A stretch of DNA of 63,882 bases, counting the filler, from Rhabdomonas costata (Eukaryota), in assembly GCA_019059605.1 (NCBI GenBank). It is 52 parts of 52 records of this genome, joined end to end, with 100 filler letters (N's around TTAATTAATTAA, not from the genome) between each part and the next. Parts side by side here need not be neighbours in the genome. Positions count along the whole stretch, not along the records: positions 12,311 to 13,441 come from JAHMHO010027080.1; positions 13,542 to 14,672 come from JAHMHO010027081.1; positions 14,773 to 15,903 come from JAHMHO010027082.1; positions 16,004 to 17,136 come from JAHMHO010027083.1; positions 17,237 to 18,367 come from JAHMHO010027084.1; positions 18,468 to 19,598 come from JAHMHO010027085.1; positions 19,699 to 20,829 come from JAHMHO010027086.1; positions 20,930 to 22,060 come from JAHMHO010027087.1; 44 more parts are not named here. One strand, given 5' to 3'. Numbering within the stretch: position 1 is the first letter of the stretch; each line of letters begins with the position of its first letter. The position numbers were made by a program, and so were the translations under genes. Shown piece by piece: positions 12,211 through 24,046 of this stretch. The notes beneath the pieces are model-generated. The model saw nothing but the letters and a program-made list of their open reading frames with translations. It had not been told where the DNA came from and did not search any database.

Positions 12211-14008
12211 NNNNNNNNNNNNNNNNNNNNNNNNNNNNNNNNNNNNNNNNNNNNTTAATTAATTAANNNNNNNNNNNNNNNNNNNNNNNNNNNNNNNNNN
12301 NNNNNNNNNNGGGTGGTTTTGTGATGTCGTGACACTACCCCAATTTGGCCAATTTGGTATGCAGAAAAAAAGGCGATTCTGAACACTCCGAAAGGACGAA
12401 GGTAAACTGGGTGACTGGGACAGTTTGTTTGAACAGTGTGTTCGAAAGACCATGATAACGCGAAAAGATTTGCTGCGCCCTGTGGGACAGATTTCGGGTG
12501 GCTTCTAAATTTTCCTTAATTCCGAGCAAGAAGAAAAATGCACAATATCACTTTACTCACTCCTGAGTATGCATACCTGCATTGCATCCGTGCGTCCAAC
12601 GAACACCCTTTTCGATGCAATATGTGAAACCCTTTCACTCCAAACACGTGAGCAGAAACCTCTGTTCGGAAAGACCTCGAAGAAAAATCTCCTTGAGAAT
12701 TACAACAGGCAGTTCGCCACATGGTGGCGACGGTCATCGTCACATGACAACTATGTTGAAAAAGAAGCAAAGGGGGGGGGGGGGCGAGTCAGCAACCGTG
12801 ACGGCATCCTTTTGCAAGGGAGCCCTAACATCAGGTGACAACAAGTTCAGGGGGTTCAAGGAAGAAGTGGGCCTCCTCGAGAAGAAAGCGTTGCCCAAAC
12901 GGGGGATTACAAGTTACAAGTTATGATCGCTCCGAAACGACTCCACCCCTTGTCCACTCGGCGCAGCCTGGTATGCAGGACCAGAACAACGGGTCATTCC
13001 CCTCCTCTTTGCACAGTATAACCTCCTGTAGCACAGCATAACCCCCTCTTGCACAGTATGACCTCCGCTTTAGGTTCCAGGTTAATTTAACAGCAGGAGG
13101 TTAGTTTAACTGTTTTCGGAACAAACTGCGGCACCAGGCATCAGGGTCAGCACCAAACAGCTTTTACAAGAAACGCGAGGAAAACCAGTGTGGCTGGCAA
13201 AAGGCGAACACACAAGGCAAGCTCATCCCGAGAAAGCTTTGGGAGCAAAGCAGTCCCTCCACTTAGTTAACTTTAAACCAAAGGCGAAGCACAGGATGAG
13301 GGGCTCAGGCATACTTGCGCTATTTAACCAGTCAGTGTGGATGCGAATTGGTGGACCGTTAAGGACTTGTTAGGTCGTCTCAGTCCGAAAATCTTGGGAA
13401 ACTGACGTGGTCTATTTCACTAGATTTTCGGACACCAACAANNNNNNNNNNNNNNNNNNNNNNNNNNNNNNNNNNNNNNNNNNNNTTAATTAATTAANNN
13501 NNNNNNNNNNNNNNNNNNNNNNNNNNNNNNNNNNNNNNNNNGTGGTGGGTGTGTTTGGGGGGGTGGGGTGGGTGGCGTGCCCTATCCAGGATTTTGGTGC
13601 CCCCCGAAGCCACGACAAAGGTATTGGGACAGCACTGCCAAATTTTTGGGTCAGAACGCAAGGGCGATGAACGGTTCCCAGGTGATGGCAATACAAAAGG
13701 GATTTGAATAGTTTACGTGCGAAGGCCTGCACCGCGGAGGCCAGTCCCGCGGCGCGGCCGGAGCGGGGGGGATGGGCGGACGCATGTTCCATGGAGTGGG
13801 CGATGCTCCGTTTTAGCCCTGCGAAACGGTGCTAAACGTCCGAATCAGACACACACACCCAAACACCACGAGTCGGCGTGGCTAGGCAAAGGGGGAACTC
13901 ACTCATTCGAAGCCAGAAAGGTCCACAGAAGCCGTTTGAAGAACCGGTTGCATACTTAGATCGCTGTTCCTACAGAGTTTGGGTGAGCTTGGGGGAGGGG
14001 GCGCTTAC

Positions 14009-14205
14009 CCCGTCCGGGTCTGAGCCCCCAAGGGTGATCACTGCAGAGCTTTCCTCCTGCAGGGTGGCCTGAGTGGCGCCCTCGAGATCGGGCATCACAG
14101 GAGAGAACGGTACGTCCACAGAAACCACGCCCCCAATCCGTGGGTGGGTGTAGTTCGACGTGAACACGGGGATCTGCGCGGGGAGGTTCGACAGTGGGGC
14201 GCACA
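14009..14205 (-). CDS. Exon of an extracellular protein with the start of an Ig/cadherin-like repeat
   Basis: AG/GT-bounded exon ending ...QATLQEESSAVITLGGSDPDG, resembling the T.ED....I.L.G.D.DG start of cadherin-like/Big_9 repeats. Confidence 0.45.
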
Positions 14206-17200
14206 CTTGCCCTCGCTTTTGCCCTTCAAGTGAATAGCAATAGCGCACGGAGATGCGCATCATGATCCATTCTTAGCTATTGGCAGTTTTTATTGAATGT
14301 CGACGTTTTTCTGGTTTCCTTTTCTACCACTCGCCCACTTTTCGGCTTCATCGCCCAGCGTTTTGGCTGTGTAGTCTTCAAAATGGAAATTCGTGAAGAG
14401 AAGATTCCTCGAAGCAGTGGTGGTGAACGACTGCAGCCACAATTGTCTGGAAGAATGGTTCTCTTTATTTGCCCTATGTTGATTATTTGGTGCTGTTTTT
14501 CGCCGCGGTAGAAGAATGGTGTGGAGAGTTAAGATGCTTGCATGTCACGGAAGTGGGAAATTGTTGAACAGCATGTGGAATTCTTGAGTAAGAGTCTTGG
14601 TTTGGCAGGAGGGGAGAGCGCTAGGAAACCAAGACTCTTACTCAAGAATTCCACATGCTGTTCAACAACAACNNNNNNNNNNNNNNNNNNNNNNNNNNNN
14701 NNNNNNNNNNNNNNNNTTAATTAATTAANNNNNNNNNNNNNNNNNNNNNNNNNNNNNNNNNNNNNNNNNNNNGTTTTTTGTTGTCGCCGCGGGTACAAAA
14801 ACATCAACAAGCTGTGGGAACACGCAGATAGCCAAACAAATCGTTCGTTACATACTTTCGCATAGCAGGCTACACCGTAAACAGAGTTTTTAACCACGGC
14901 ACACCCCAGGATGCCGCGAAGGGCCACCGGCATAAATATAGGCTAAAAAGACTTCTGTTCGAATTGTCAGATACTAAATTCTCAGTTTCGGGGTGTTACT
15001 AGCCTTACTTTCTTTGTCTTAACTCTTTTCAGCGCGTTTGGACAAGCTTCGGAAGTCGTAGCATGGCCGGCTCTGTTTTGTTCTGCGGTCGCTTTCTTGC
15101 TGCCTCCTTTGGGGGCCTGCCATTTCTTCGCTTGAGGCAGAACCTTTTTGACTGTTGATTGATCTGATTGCTCGTGTTGTGCCAGTGCTGTGTACAATGA
15201 CCTTTGGACCATTTGCTGTGTGGAATGCCGCACTTTGCCTGCTGTGTCGTGGACAAGCGGAACGAGTTCTTTTTCATTCAGCTTTCAGGAGAAAGAGCTA
15301 TCCGACTCCCTTTGGTCAGTCGCTGTATATCCTTCCAATTTGCCGTCGTTGGGCATCCGTCAGTCGATTTTGTGATTAATTTGGATTTCACTGGGTTTAA
15401 CAGCTTACATGCTTTTGGTTTGGGTGACTGGGGCAATGCATACGTTTGTACATGTATTGTCATTCACTTCCGCAACCCCAAGCAGCAAAAATATCGAGTC
15501 ACCTTTCCAACAAAATTCCCGTCATGTGTGAACGGCCTTCTTACCATCTCCCCAGTGTCGCTCGAGACTTCAGATCCATGATTTGAGACCTGGAAATCGC
15601 ACGTTCGTGGGTGGGAAGCTGCGGCAAAACTCCGTTCGCCTGCACCAGGGTTGCCTTGTTTTGCACCATGGCGTTTGGGATAACGTCGCCAGCTTCGGAG
15701 GTGCCAAAGAACAACCTTCAGGAGCACCTGGAATGGTTCAAAACAACCCAGCAGACGCGATTGGAATTGGTGGCCAAGGGCCCCGTAGTTTCTTCGTATG
15801 TTGTACTCCTCTTGAAGCAGCCCCTGCTTGCACAAGTTCTTTTGACGCGGTCAACCATGTGGGCAAGGTCAGCCAGTGCTAGAGAAATTTGGTCAAAACC
15901 ACCNNNNNNNNNNNNNNNNNNNNNNNNNNNNNNNNNNNNNNNNNNNNTTAATTAATTAANNNNNNNNNNNNNNNNNNNNNNNNNNNNNNNNNNNNNNNNN
16001 NNNTTGGGCATCACTATCGTGGACAGGTGGATAGCAATACTCGATCAACCGCTACTAGAACCCAGGCATGAACGCGTAATGGCTGTGCATGCGAATGTGC
16101 ACACATACCTGCGAGAATCAGGACAAGACGTACAGCACAGAAGCGGTAAACTGATGCATCCATTACCACCATTACCACGGTCCTGGATACACGGCCTTCT
16201 TTCCAGCCCGCTTGCCATGGGCTCAGCACCGCTGCAAATCCACAGAAAGGAGCGCACACCACGAGGGCGTACCGGAGATCCTGCGGTCGGGGCACATCGC
16301 CAGAAAGCCGTTCAAGAGGTCGAACCCTCCCTTCTCGGACAGAAACACCCGGCTGCCGTCAAAGCATGTCCCCGCCTGAGGGAACCTCCGCCTAAGCTCA
16401 CCAGGCCTGTGACCGCAGAAAGAGGAGCCATGACCCCGAATCCGCAAACATCTCTACTTATTCCGTAATGTGTGTGTGTGTGTGTGTCAAATATGCAGCC
16501 CTCGTTAGTTCGTTTCCCTCAGTCTCTGCTCTTCAGTCTTTTTGCTGTGGATGCCTTGCTGTGGAGAGGCAGATTGCAGAGATTGCATGAGAGTGCAAGC
16601 ATCGGTGTCCAAATACAGCGTTGTTAATTTGTTCTGTACATAATGGTAACCTCAAAATAAGCCTTCTTCAACGCAACGATGTCCACGGAGGAGAACAAAG
16701 GTGTGTCGTTGCTTTGACGAGCCGCGAGGAGAAGCGTCTTGCTTTTATGTAAGTAACACCCAGAAACTCTGAAAAGAGTATGTGACGGTTTTCCATTCGT
16801 CTTAGTCTTTTTGACATATTTATGCGGTTGTCTGAGGATGTGATATGTAAGGAACCGGAAAGTTTTCTTGGTGGTGAACCTAAAAAAGCAGGAGGATATG
16901 GAGGGTTTTGAAGGGATTCTTGCGCTGAAGACGCGATTTTTTCCGGGTGATTCCGTGTTTGTGATCTTTGAAGCAAATACTGTAAATTCAGCGAACGGCT
17001 GTTTGTGATGGGTTTAAACCCAGCCATGTGTTGGTGCAGATCTGAGTTTACGGTGTAACGTACTTTATATACTTGTTGCTCACGCGCACACATCTCCGAA
17101 GGTGCTCGCTCTTCTTCTTTGCTTTCTGCACGTTCTNNNNNNNNNNNNNNNNNNNNNNNNNNNNNNNNNNNNNNNNNNNNTTAATTAATTAANNNNNNNN

Positions 17201-17246
17201 NNNNNNNNNNNNNNNNNNNNNNNNNNNNNNNNNNNNGTGGGTTGGG

Positions 17247-17459
17247 TGAAATGCCGTTTTCTATGCCGTTTCGAGTCTCCTTATTTATGGAAAATCGATA
17301 CGCCGATAGAAAATCGAACGGAAAAATGTGGAAATGGACAAATGAAATGCCGTTTTCAAATGCCGTTTTCGATGGAAAACCGATATGTTTATGGAAAACC
17401 GAACGGAAATAATGTTGAATAATTATGTTAAATATATATAATGTTGAATAATTATGTTA

Positions 17460-17496
<37 letters not shown>

Positions 17497-18358
17497 GTTT
17501 TCTAATTTTTTTAACCTTATAAAGTATATAGAATTTAAAATATATTAAATATTTACATATATAAATATGTATTTTACAATTTGTAAACTTAAATATGTAT
17601 CTCAAAATATGTCTAATACTCAATACACATATTATATAAATATGCATATATATAATTTATTTATGTAAAAATTTTATATATAATGTTCTACCCAACACAT
17701 ATTTATACATTAAAATAAATACAATTACAAAAAAAAACAATATATATCTCAAAACAAACAAATACACACGTTATATTATATATAATATAATCTTTTTATT
17801 AGTGTATATAATGTATGATAATACAACTGTTTTTTTTGCTCCGAATACACAACTTATATGTAAGTATATGCATAGTTTTTTTTAGCCCATTTGGGCATGT
17901 TTATTTATGCTTAGCCCATTAGGTTTAGTATTCTTCTTCTCTAGCCGTGCAAGTGCAACTTTTCTAACATTTATTCTCGGGACATTATCAATTAGCTCTC
18001 GTACGGACAGTTTTACTCGCATCCTATAGTGGTGATAGAGTAACGCCTCAATGCATGTCCTCACTGCTGCCGCATAGCATATACCTACAAATACAGAGAG
18101 ATTAATTTGATAAGAGATCTAGAGAGAAAGAGTGATACGAGAGTAAAAAGAATTTTTTCATTACTTTGATCAAAGAGATTACAGAGTGTATATCAATGCT
18201 TAGTTGAGCGTAACCAAGGTTTGAAATGCCATTTTTGATGCCGTTTCGAGTCTCTTCATTTATGGAAAATCGATACGCCGACGGAAAATTGAACGGAAAA
18301 ATGTGAAAATGGGCAAATGAAATGCCGTTTTCAAATGCCATTTTCGATGGAAAACCGA
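17247..18358 (+). repeat. Pair of 137-bp direct repeats (17247-17383 and 18222-18358) flanking an extremely AT-rich core
   Basis: Hand alignment gives 11 mismatches in 137 bp with no gaps and a period of 975 bp. Each copy contains AAATGCCGTTTT sub-repeats. Confidence 0.9.
17882..18084 (-). pseudogene. Papain-like (C1) cysteine protease fragment
   Basis: After a ttgtag acceptor the frame reads (G)ICYAAAVRTCIEALLYHHYRMRVKLSVRELIDNV, resembling papain GSCWAF...IE......LSEQELVDC. It stops shortly afterwards. Confidence 0.45.
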
Positions 18359-20093
18359 CCACAACAANNNNNNNNNNNNNNNNNNNNNNNNNNNNNNNNN
18401 NNNNNNNNNNNTTAATTAATTAANNNNNNNNNNNNNNNNNNNNNNNNNNNNNNNNNNNNNNNNNNNNTCCCAGCCCAGCGCCCTCTGCTCCCCCCGGGAA
18501 CCTGTCGGAGCAGCGCTTCGCCGAGGCTCTGTCTGTATTGGAGCCCGTGAAAGGGGCGGGCATCCCACCACGCACCCCCACGCGAGTTCCCGTGGCGCAG
18601 GCCAGTGGTGAGTGCGCTGGATTCCTCCTCCACGGGTAATTTTGTATTTTGAATTACGTGCTCCTGATACGTGCGGGTTGTCAAGACCGGCTTTCTTTTT
18701 TTCCACAAGTGTAAAAACAAAAATGACGCCATCATTCAGGGCGAGTTTCAGTGGACAAAAAGGAGAGGGGATGAGCATTGTGCCGTCTTGTGGACATTCG
18801 ATTCGGGCAGGCAGTTTGGGCAGGAGAATTTCAGTTAAAAATCCTGTATAAGACCCAGACCTTGCGAGTGTTCGAAGGCCTCAGTGTTTGGGATTTCTTT
18901 TTACGAGCAGGAGTTTACCTTTAATGAACATGGAACTGAGGGATGGAGAGCGCATCATCTGGTCTGCTGATTTCTTGTGTAAATGACGTGCTCGTGATGT
19001 TGTTCATTGATGACGATGGGCCGCTTCGTCTAACCTTTGCTGCAGTTTTTGTAGTACATCCGTAAAGAACTACTCACAGTTCTATGTGAAGTGTAGTTCT
19101 GTACAGGTGCACTACTGAAATTTTTCAAGTTCGCAAAAATAAATGGCATATAAAATTTCAAAAATAGTAAGAAGAAAATGTGCCTTATCGAGTTCATTTC
19201 GGGGACCCCCTATTACGGTGCTCTGATCCAGGGTATGGATGCATTGAGGGTGTTGCGCCGGTGGAGTGGGGCGCGCCCACCCACACAAACATGCGCGAAG
19301 GGCACGTGCATTGCCACCTAACCCCTTGCGAGGTCTTCTGCCATGCCATTCTGTTTTAACAGGTGGACGAGACGTTCACCTTGTCCCAAAAATGGGTCCC
19401 TAAAAATGCACTCTAATTGGAGCGGTCCAAAAAATACACTTGATTAAGGGGGGGTCCCCCAGAACACCCCAGCTTGGGTTGAAGGGATCGCCGCTGAAAA
19501 GAGCGAGAGCTTTTGCTTTGGGTGGAGGTTGAAGTGTGTGTGCGTGTGGCTCGAATGGTTTGGCGCTGATCAAGGTACTGTGAGCAAACCCACAACACNN
19601 NNNNNNNNNNNNNNNNNNNNNNNNNNNNNNNNNNNNNNNNNNTTAATTAATTAANNNNNNNNNNNNNNNNNNNNNNNNNNNNNNNNNNNNNNNNNNNNTG
19701 TGGGTTTGGTGGAGTTGAGGAGGACTGGACCTGCACGCGATGTCCCTGCTGATGTTGGGGACCAGGTACCGCATTGACAAGGTGATGGGCTATCCCAGCC
19801 CATCACCTTGTCAATGCGGTACCTGGTCCCCAACATCAGCAGGGACATCGCGTGCAGGTCCAGCCCTCCTCAACTCCACCAAATCCGCGCCTACCAGCCC
19901 TGTAACCGGTCGCTGGAATGAACCACGTTTTAGTTGAAGTTGACCTCACGTTTCTCCTTTTGAGGAAGAGAAGCTCCCGCTGAATCAGTGGTAGTGCAGT
20001 CACAGCCTTATGTGCAGTCCCTCCTCAACTCCGCTTTGTTCTTCGCCTCCCCGTCTTCCCGGAAAACTGACCCTCCCTTCCTACCTCTCTCAG

Positions 20094-20265
20094 GTACTTC
20101 CACACTCAGAAGCAACTCTGGCTTGGCAAGGGTCTGCAGTATACGGGGTACCGTCCCACTGGCATGAACGACAGCAGCTTTGTGCTGGCCTGCAACACCA
20201 CTCACCTGACGGACTTCTCGGTTCACGCTATCAAAATGATCTACGACCCGCCTACCGAGCTGGTG
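20094..20265 (+). CDS. Exon encoding a GPS (GAIN autoproteolysis) motif, PKD1/REJ-like surface protein
   Basis: After a ctctcag acceptor it reads YFHTQKQLWLGKGLQYTG...FVLACNTTHLTDFSV, with the W...G and C...HL/T.F signature of GPS motifs. Confidence 0.7.
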
Positions 20266-21025
20266 GTAGGGCTTTCACCCCCACCCCACTCTCCATTGCG
20301 TGTTGTTTTCTGGGAAGTTACAATGTCATCTTCGGAGTTTCCGGTCCATTTTCCCTCTTAAGTACCTCTCCTGGTGTTTATTGGAGCGAGGCACGACCGA
20401 TCGATTGCACCCAGTAGCCCCCCTTTTTGTTTCACCGCCTTTTACAACCCTCCTCCTCGGTTAGTTTTACCATACTCCCTTCGTTAATCCCTTCGGTAAA
20501 AGTGCTTGCATTTGCTTCCCTGCCCACCCTTGAATCATTTGCATAACTTTTTTTTCAGGATGTTGTTAGTGTCATCGTCTTATCTCGAAGTTTTGGTTGC
20601 TTGTTTTGTCCAACCCCCGCCCTCGGGACCACTTTTCTTTGCTTCACAGCGTAACTTTTTTTAACTGCAAAGAAAACCCGGAGGGGAGTCACCACCTCAA
20701 TGATGGGCCCACATTTTGTATTGCAAAGAAAGCGTTTGCTAAATCCCCAGCAGCCGAAAACGACTGCAGCCCATCGTCCAAGCGTGCTTCCGCTCCGTAT
20801 GAATTGGGGGACTTTCTGGGGCTTTCGCANNNNNNNNNNNNNNNNNNNNNNNNNNNNNNNNNNNNNNNNNNNNTTAATTAATTAANNNNNNNNNNNNNNN
20901 NNNNNNNNNNNNNNNNNNNNNNNNNNNNNTGTGGTTTTTGTGCAGCTCTCATATCCGTGCATTTCCGGGAAAATGCTTGGATTCTTCTGGTCTTCTGTTA
21001 TGATGTGATCCGTTTTTCGTTGCAG

Positions 21026-21281
21026 GCGGAGCAACGTTGCTCAGGAGAAGCGCTATGACGTGCTGAGTTTCACCACCAGCCCCTTCCCAACGGAGCTGGA
21101 GGTCATCGGCCGGGTCTCGGCTGTGCTCTACTTCGCGTCCACTAGCGCCGTGCCGGACTTCTTTGTGAGGCTTTGTGAGGTGAACCCACGGCGTGGCTCC
21201 TCAGTCAACATCTGTGATGGCTACCTTAGAGTGAAGCCAGACACGGGATATCTGCTGCCCGACCGCACCCGCCGTGTGGAG
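21026..21281 (+). CDS. CocE/NonD family hydrolase, C-terminal (PepX_C) domain exon
   Basis: AG/GT-bounded exon reading EKRYDVLSFTTSPFPTELEVIGRVSAVLYFASTSAVPDFFVRLCEVNPRRGSSVNICDGYLRV. This matches the CocE pattern DVL.FT..PL...LEV.G.V...L...S...D.D...RL..V.P.G.S....DG..R. Confidence 0.85.
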
Positions 21282-21369
21282 GTGTTGACTTTTTGCTGAA
21301 AAGCGCTCTGCAATCCTTGATGTGTCTTGTGTGAGCTTGTGACACAGCTCCATTGTCCACGATATTGTC

Positions 21370-21890
21370 CACGATGCGTGCGTCTCACGAAACCCCAGTT
21401 GGCTCTCCATTCAACAATGCTCCCGATCCTTGTGCAGCGGTGCTAACCCTACGGGAGGACACAGAAGCGCACCGAGGAGCGCAGGTGCCTTGTGTGTGTT
21501 GCACCTCAAAACACGAGTATGAATGTGGAACTGTGCGCGGATGGGGAGCGGACCGTGAACTTGCGGAACCGATATGCGTCGTTTCCGCCCTGATGTGTCG
21601 TCAGGGTTAAGGCATCGAGGAGGGTTAGTGGGTGCAGTTGAGTTATTGTAGTGGAGTCGTGGCTCGTGGCTTTGAGAGGCAGGGTGGGTCAGGATGTGTT
21701 GATCAGTAAGCGGAGGCATAACCGGGGGAGGTTTGGAGAAGCTGATGCGGTGGGACCGTTCACCATCATTAAAAAGATTACGGAGACGACCTTTGTGCTG
21801 GACATTCCACAGGAGGTACGAGAGAGTGCGCATCCAGCGATCTCATCCGGGGCGATTAAACGGGTATTCAGTGTTTCCACAAGAATTTGA
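21370..21890 (+). mobile_element. Degenerate Ty3/Gypsy integrase C-terminal region (GPF motif), downstream of the CocE exon donor
   Basis: RVGQDVLISKRR...VGPFTIIKKITETTFVLDIPQEVRESAHPAISSGAIKR resembles the GPY/F module of Gypsy integrases. The upstream frames are broken and the left boundary is approximate. Confidence 0.7.
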
Positions 21891-22160
21891 ACTTCTTGCA
21901 CCTTCAGGGGAGTTCCACTTGGACCTCAAACACAGAGTCACTTGTGTTGACGGGCGTTAGCTCTGAAGTTACCCTTTAGCCCCGGACCTCAGTTGACTTT
22001 TTGCTTGCAGGAACTGTGACCCAAAAGTGGCGTCTCTTACATAAGTTGAACCCCCACACANNNNNNNNNNNNNNNNNNNNNNNNNNNNNNNNNNNNNNNN
22101 NNNNTTAATTAATTAANNNNNNNNNNNNNNNNNNNNNNNNNNNNNNNNNNNNNNNNNNNN

Positions 22161-22287
22161 CCAGGCGCAGTCCACGTTTTCCTCGGGGTACAGGTAGTAG
22201 TCGGCGATAGTATGCTTTTGCTGCTGTGATGCCGGACACTGCTCTTCCAAGGGCCCGTATTATAGCCCGCAGCACTTTATTGGCCAT
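22161..22287 (-). mobile_element. Possible non-LTR retrotransposon remnant (post-RT region)
   Basis: ANKVLRAIIR...YYRRLLPVPRGKRGLRL resembles the L.LP...GGLGL motif that follows the RT domain. The match is short and degenerate. Confidence 0.35.
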
Positions 22288-23929
22288 GGTGTGACTGGCG
22301 GCGTGACGAAAGGCAAGAATGACTCTGCACGAAGGGGCAGGGGCGTGGAGGGCTGCGGTTTGTGTGGGCCATTCTGTCCTCCTTCTTTCCCGTGATCTCT
22401 CCTCAGTTGTAATTCTATCCTGTCACACAAACTTCTGCGCGCTTTTTTGTGTAGCATTTCGTGAACCTTGCCCCTGCGGCGCTTTGCTGACTTACTCTGG
22501 CTCGGAATTGTGCACACACTTCTGAGTGGTTGTTGATACAAGCATATGCACAGACTGAACAGGCGAGCGCACGCGCATCAAACGCACATCCAAACACACA
22601 CAGGCATGCTGCAACTGCTGAACGCGCTTGCTTTCACACTCGCGATGACCTGAAATATCTCCGACGGAGGCTTTCCCGCCCGATCGTAAAGCAAGCTATT
22701 CTCTCCTAAACATCCGCACACGCATGTGACAGTAGTCCGGAGGCGTACACGTACAAACCCTTTGGAACTCACTACACTCAGCAAGAAATGCACAGTGACA
22801 GTCCAAAATCCTACGAATAGAGCGATAGCCAGTGCAGAATTCAAAGGTGGGTTGCCGGGCAACATACAGTCTCCCTCCAGCTATCATGCGTGTGTTTCTA
22901 CCAGTTCGGGCTTCTTTGCAATTTTCCTGGTACTGTGGTGTGGTGTATGAAAGATGTAGGCCTTGCCATTTGAAGGAATTTTGCATCAGAAATCACGCCC
23001 GATTGCTACCTGATCTCGCAGAGTTTTTCTTCGTGCTCCCGTTCGCTGGCTTTTGCCGTGCTAGTTTTTACTGTTGTGCTGTTTTCCATAACGTGACGTG
23101 CGTTGCAATGCCTGTTTTTACGATTTTGCACCTCAATGGCACAACTCTGTATGCTTTGAGCTCCGGATTTTCCAATAGATTGAGAACTGCGTGAACTAAG
23201 TGCCGTCCACAAGATCGATTGCAGCACGCATTTAAGGAGCTCTCACAACAACATTCGTCACGGCTACTGTCCTCTTCCGAAACTGCCAAAANNNNNNNNN
23301 NNNNNNNNNNNNNNNNNNNNNNNNNNNNNNNNNNNTTAATTAATTAANNNNNNNNNNNNNNNNNNNNNNNNNNNNNNNNNNNNNNNNNNNNGTTTGTTGC
23401 TCTCCTGGGAACGGCAATGACGACGAGTACTGGAGGCAATCGTAAAATTCTGCTCTGCAACTCATCCTGTAAATGCCGTTCCCAGGAGAGCAACAAAAGC
23501 ACCTAGTAGCCGCCCTTGTAGAAGCTGCCGTGCGGACCGGTCGCCACAGACCACTTGCCAAGGCGCCTCCATGCGACCAGCTCGCCTGAAAGTTCTTCAG
23601 ATCTTACTCATTGAAGAAGCAACCTCATGGAACTACAAGGAAATAAAACAGAAAGTTCATGCACGAGGCAAGCCTGACCTGAAGAAGGGGTTCACAAGTG
23701 AAGCGGTAGGAAGAAATTGTGCATGCACTCCCCCCTGTGCTACGGCGCTGGGCGCCACTCCCTTCAAAATCACCCACGCACGCGGGCAGCCTGCCCTGTG
23801 CGCTGGAGGGCATTCTTTGGGTTCCGTGGACCTCCTGGGTTCGAGTCTTGGCTGACGAGGTTAGGAGGTTCAGTGAAGCAAATTATATTTTCGGGTGCAT
23901 TTTTGCAAAACGGTAGGTGCAGAGTCGGC

Positions 23930-24046
23930 CTCTGCGGTGAGGTCCAGGGCCCCGGCCTGCATCGTGGGCCCCGCCAGTACCTCCGCCATCTCATCATTGC
24001 GGATCACAAACGCCGCCACCCCGAAAGCGGTGCGGCCACGGCTGTC
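23930..24046 (-). CDS. Ankyrin-repeat-like exon
   Basis: After a ttttcag acceptor it reads DSRGRTAFGVAAFVIRNDEMAEVLA, matching the D..G.T....A......E....L pattern. Confidence 0.45.

Noticed and set aside
9849-13441. Functional linkage of the Fanzor gene to neighbouring genes
   Set aside because: The neighbours are separate contigs, so adjacency is arbitrary.
19705-19883. Identical ORF starts on both strands (MSLLMLGTRYRIDKVMG)
   Set aside because: This is a product of a terminal fold-back duplication.
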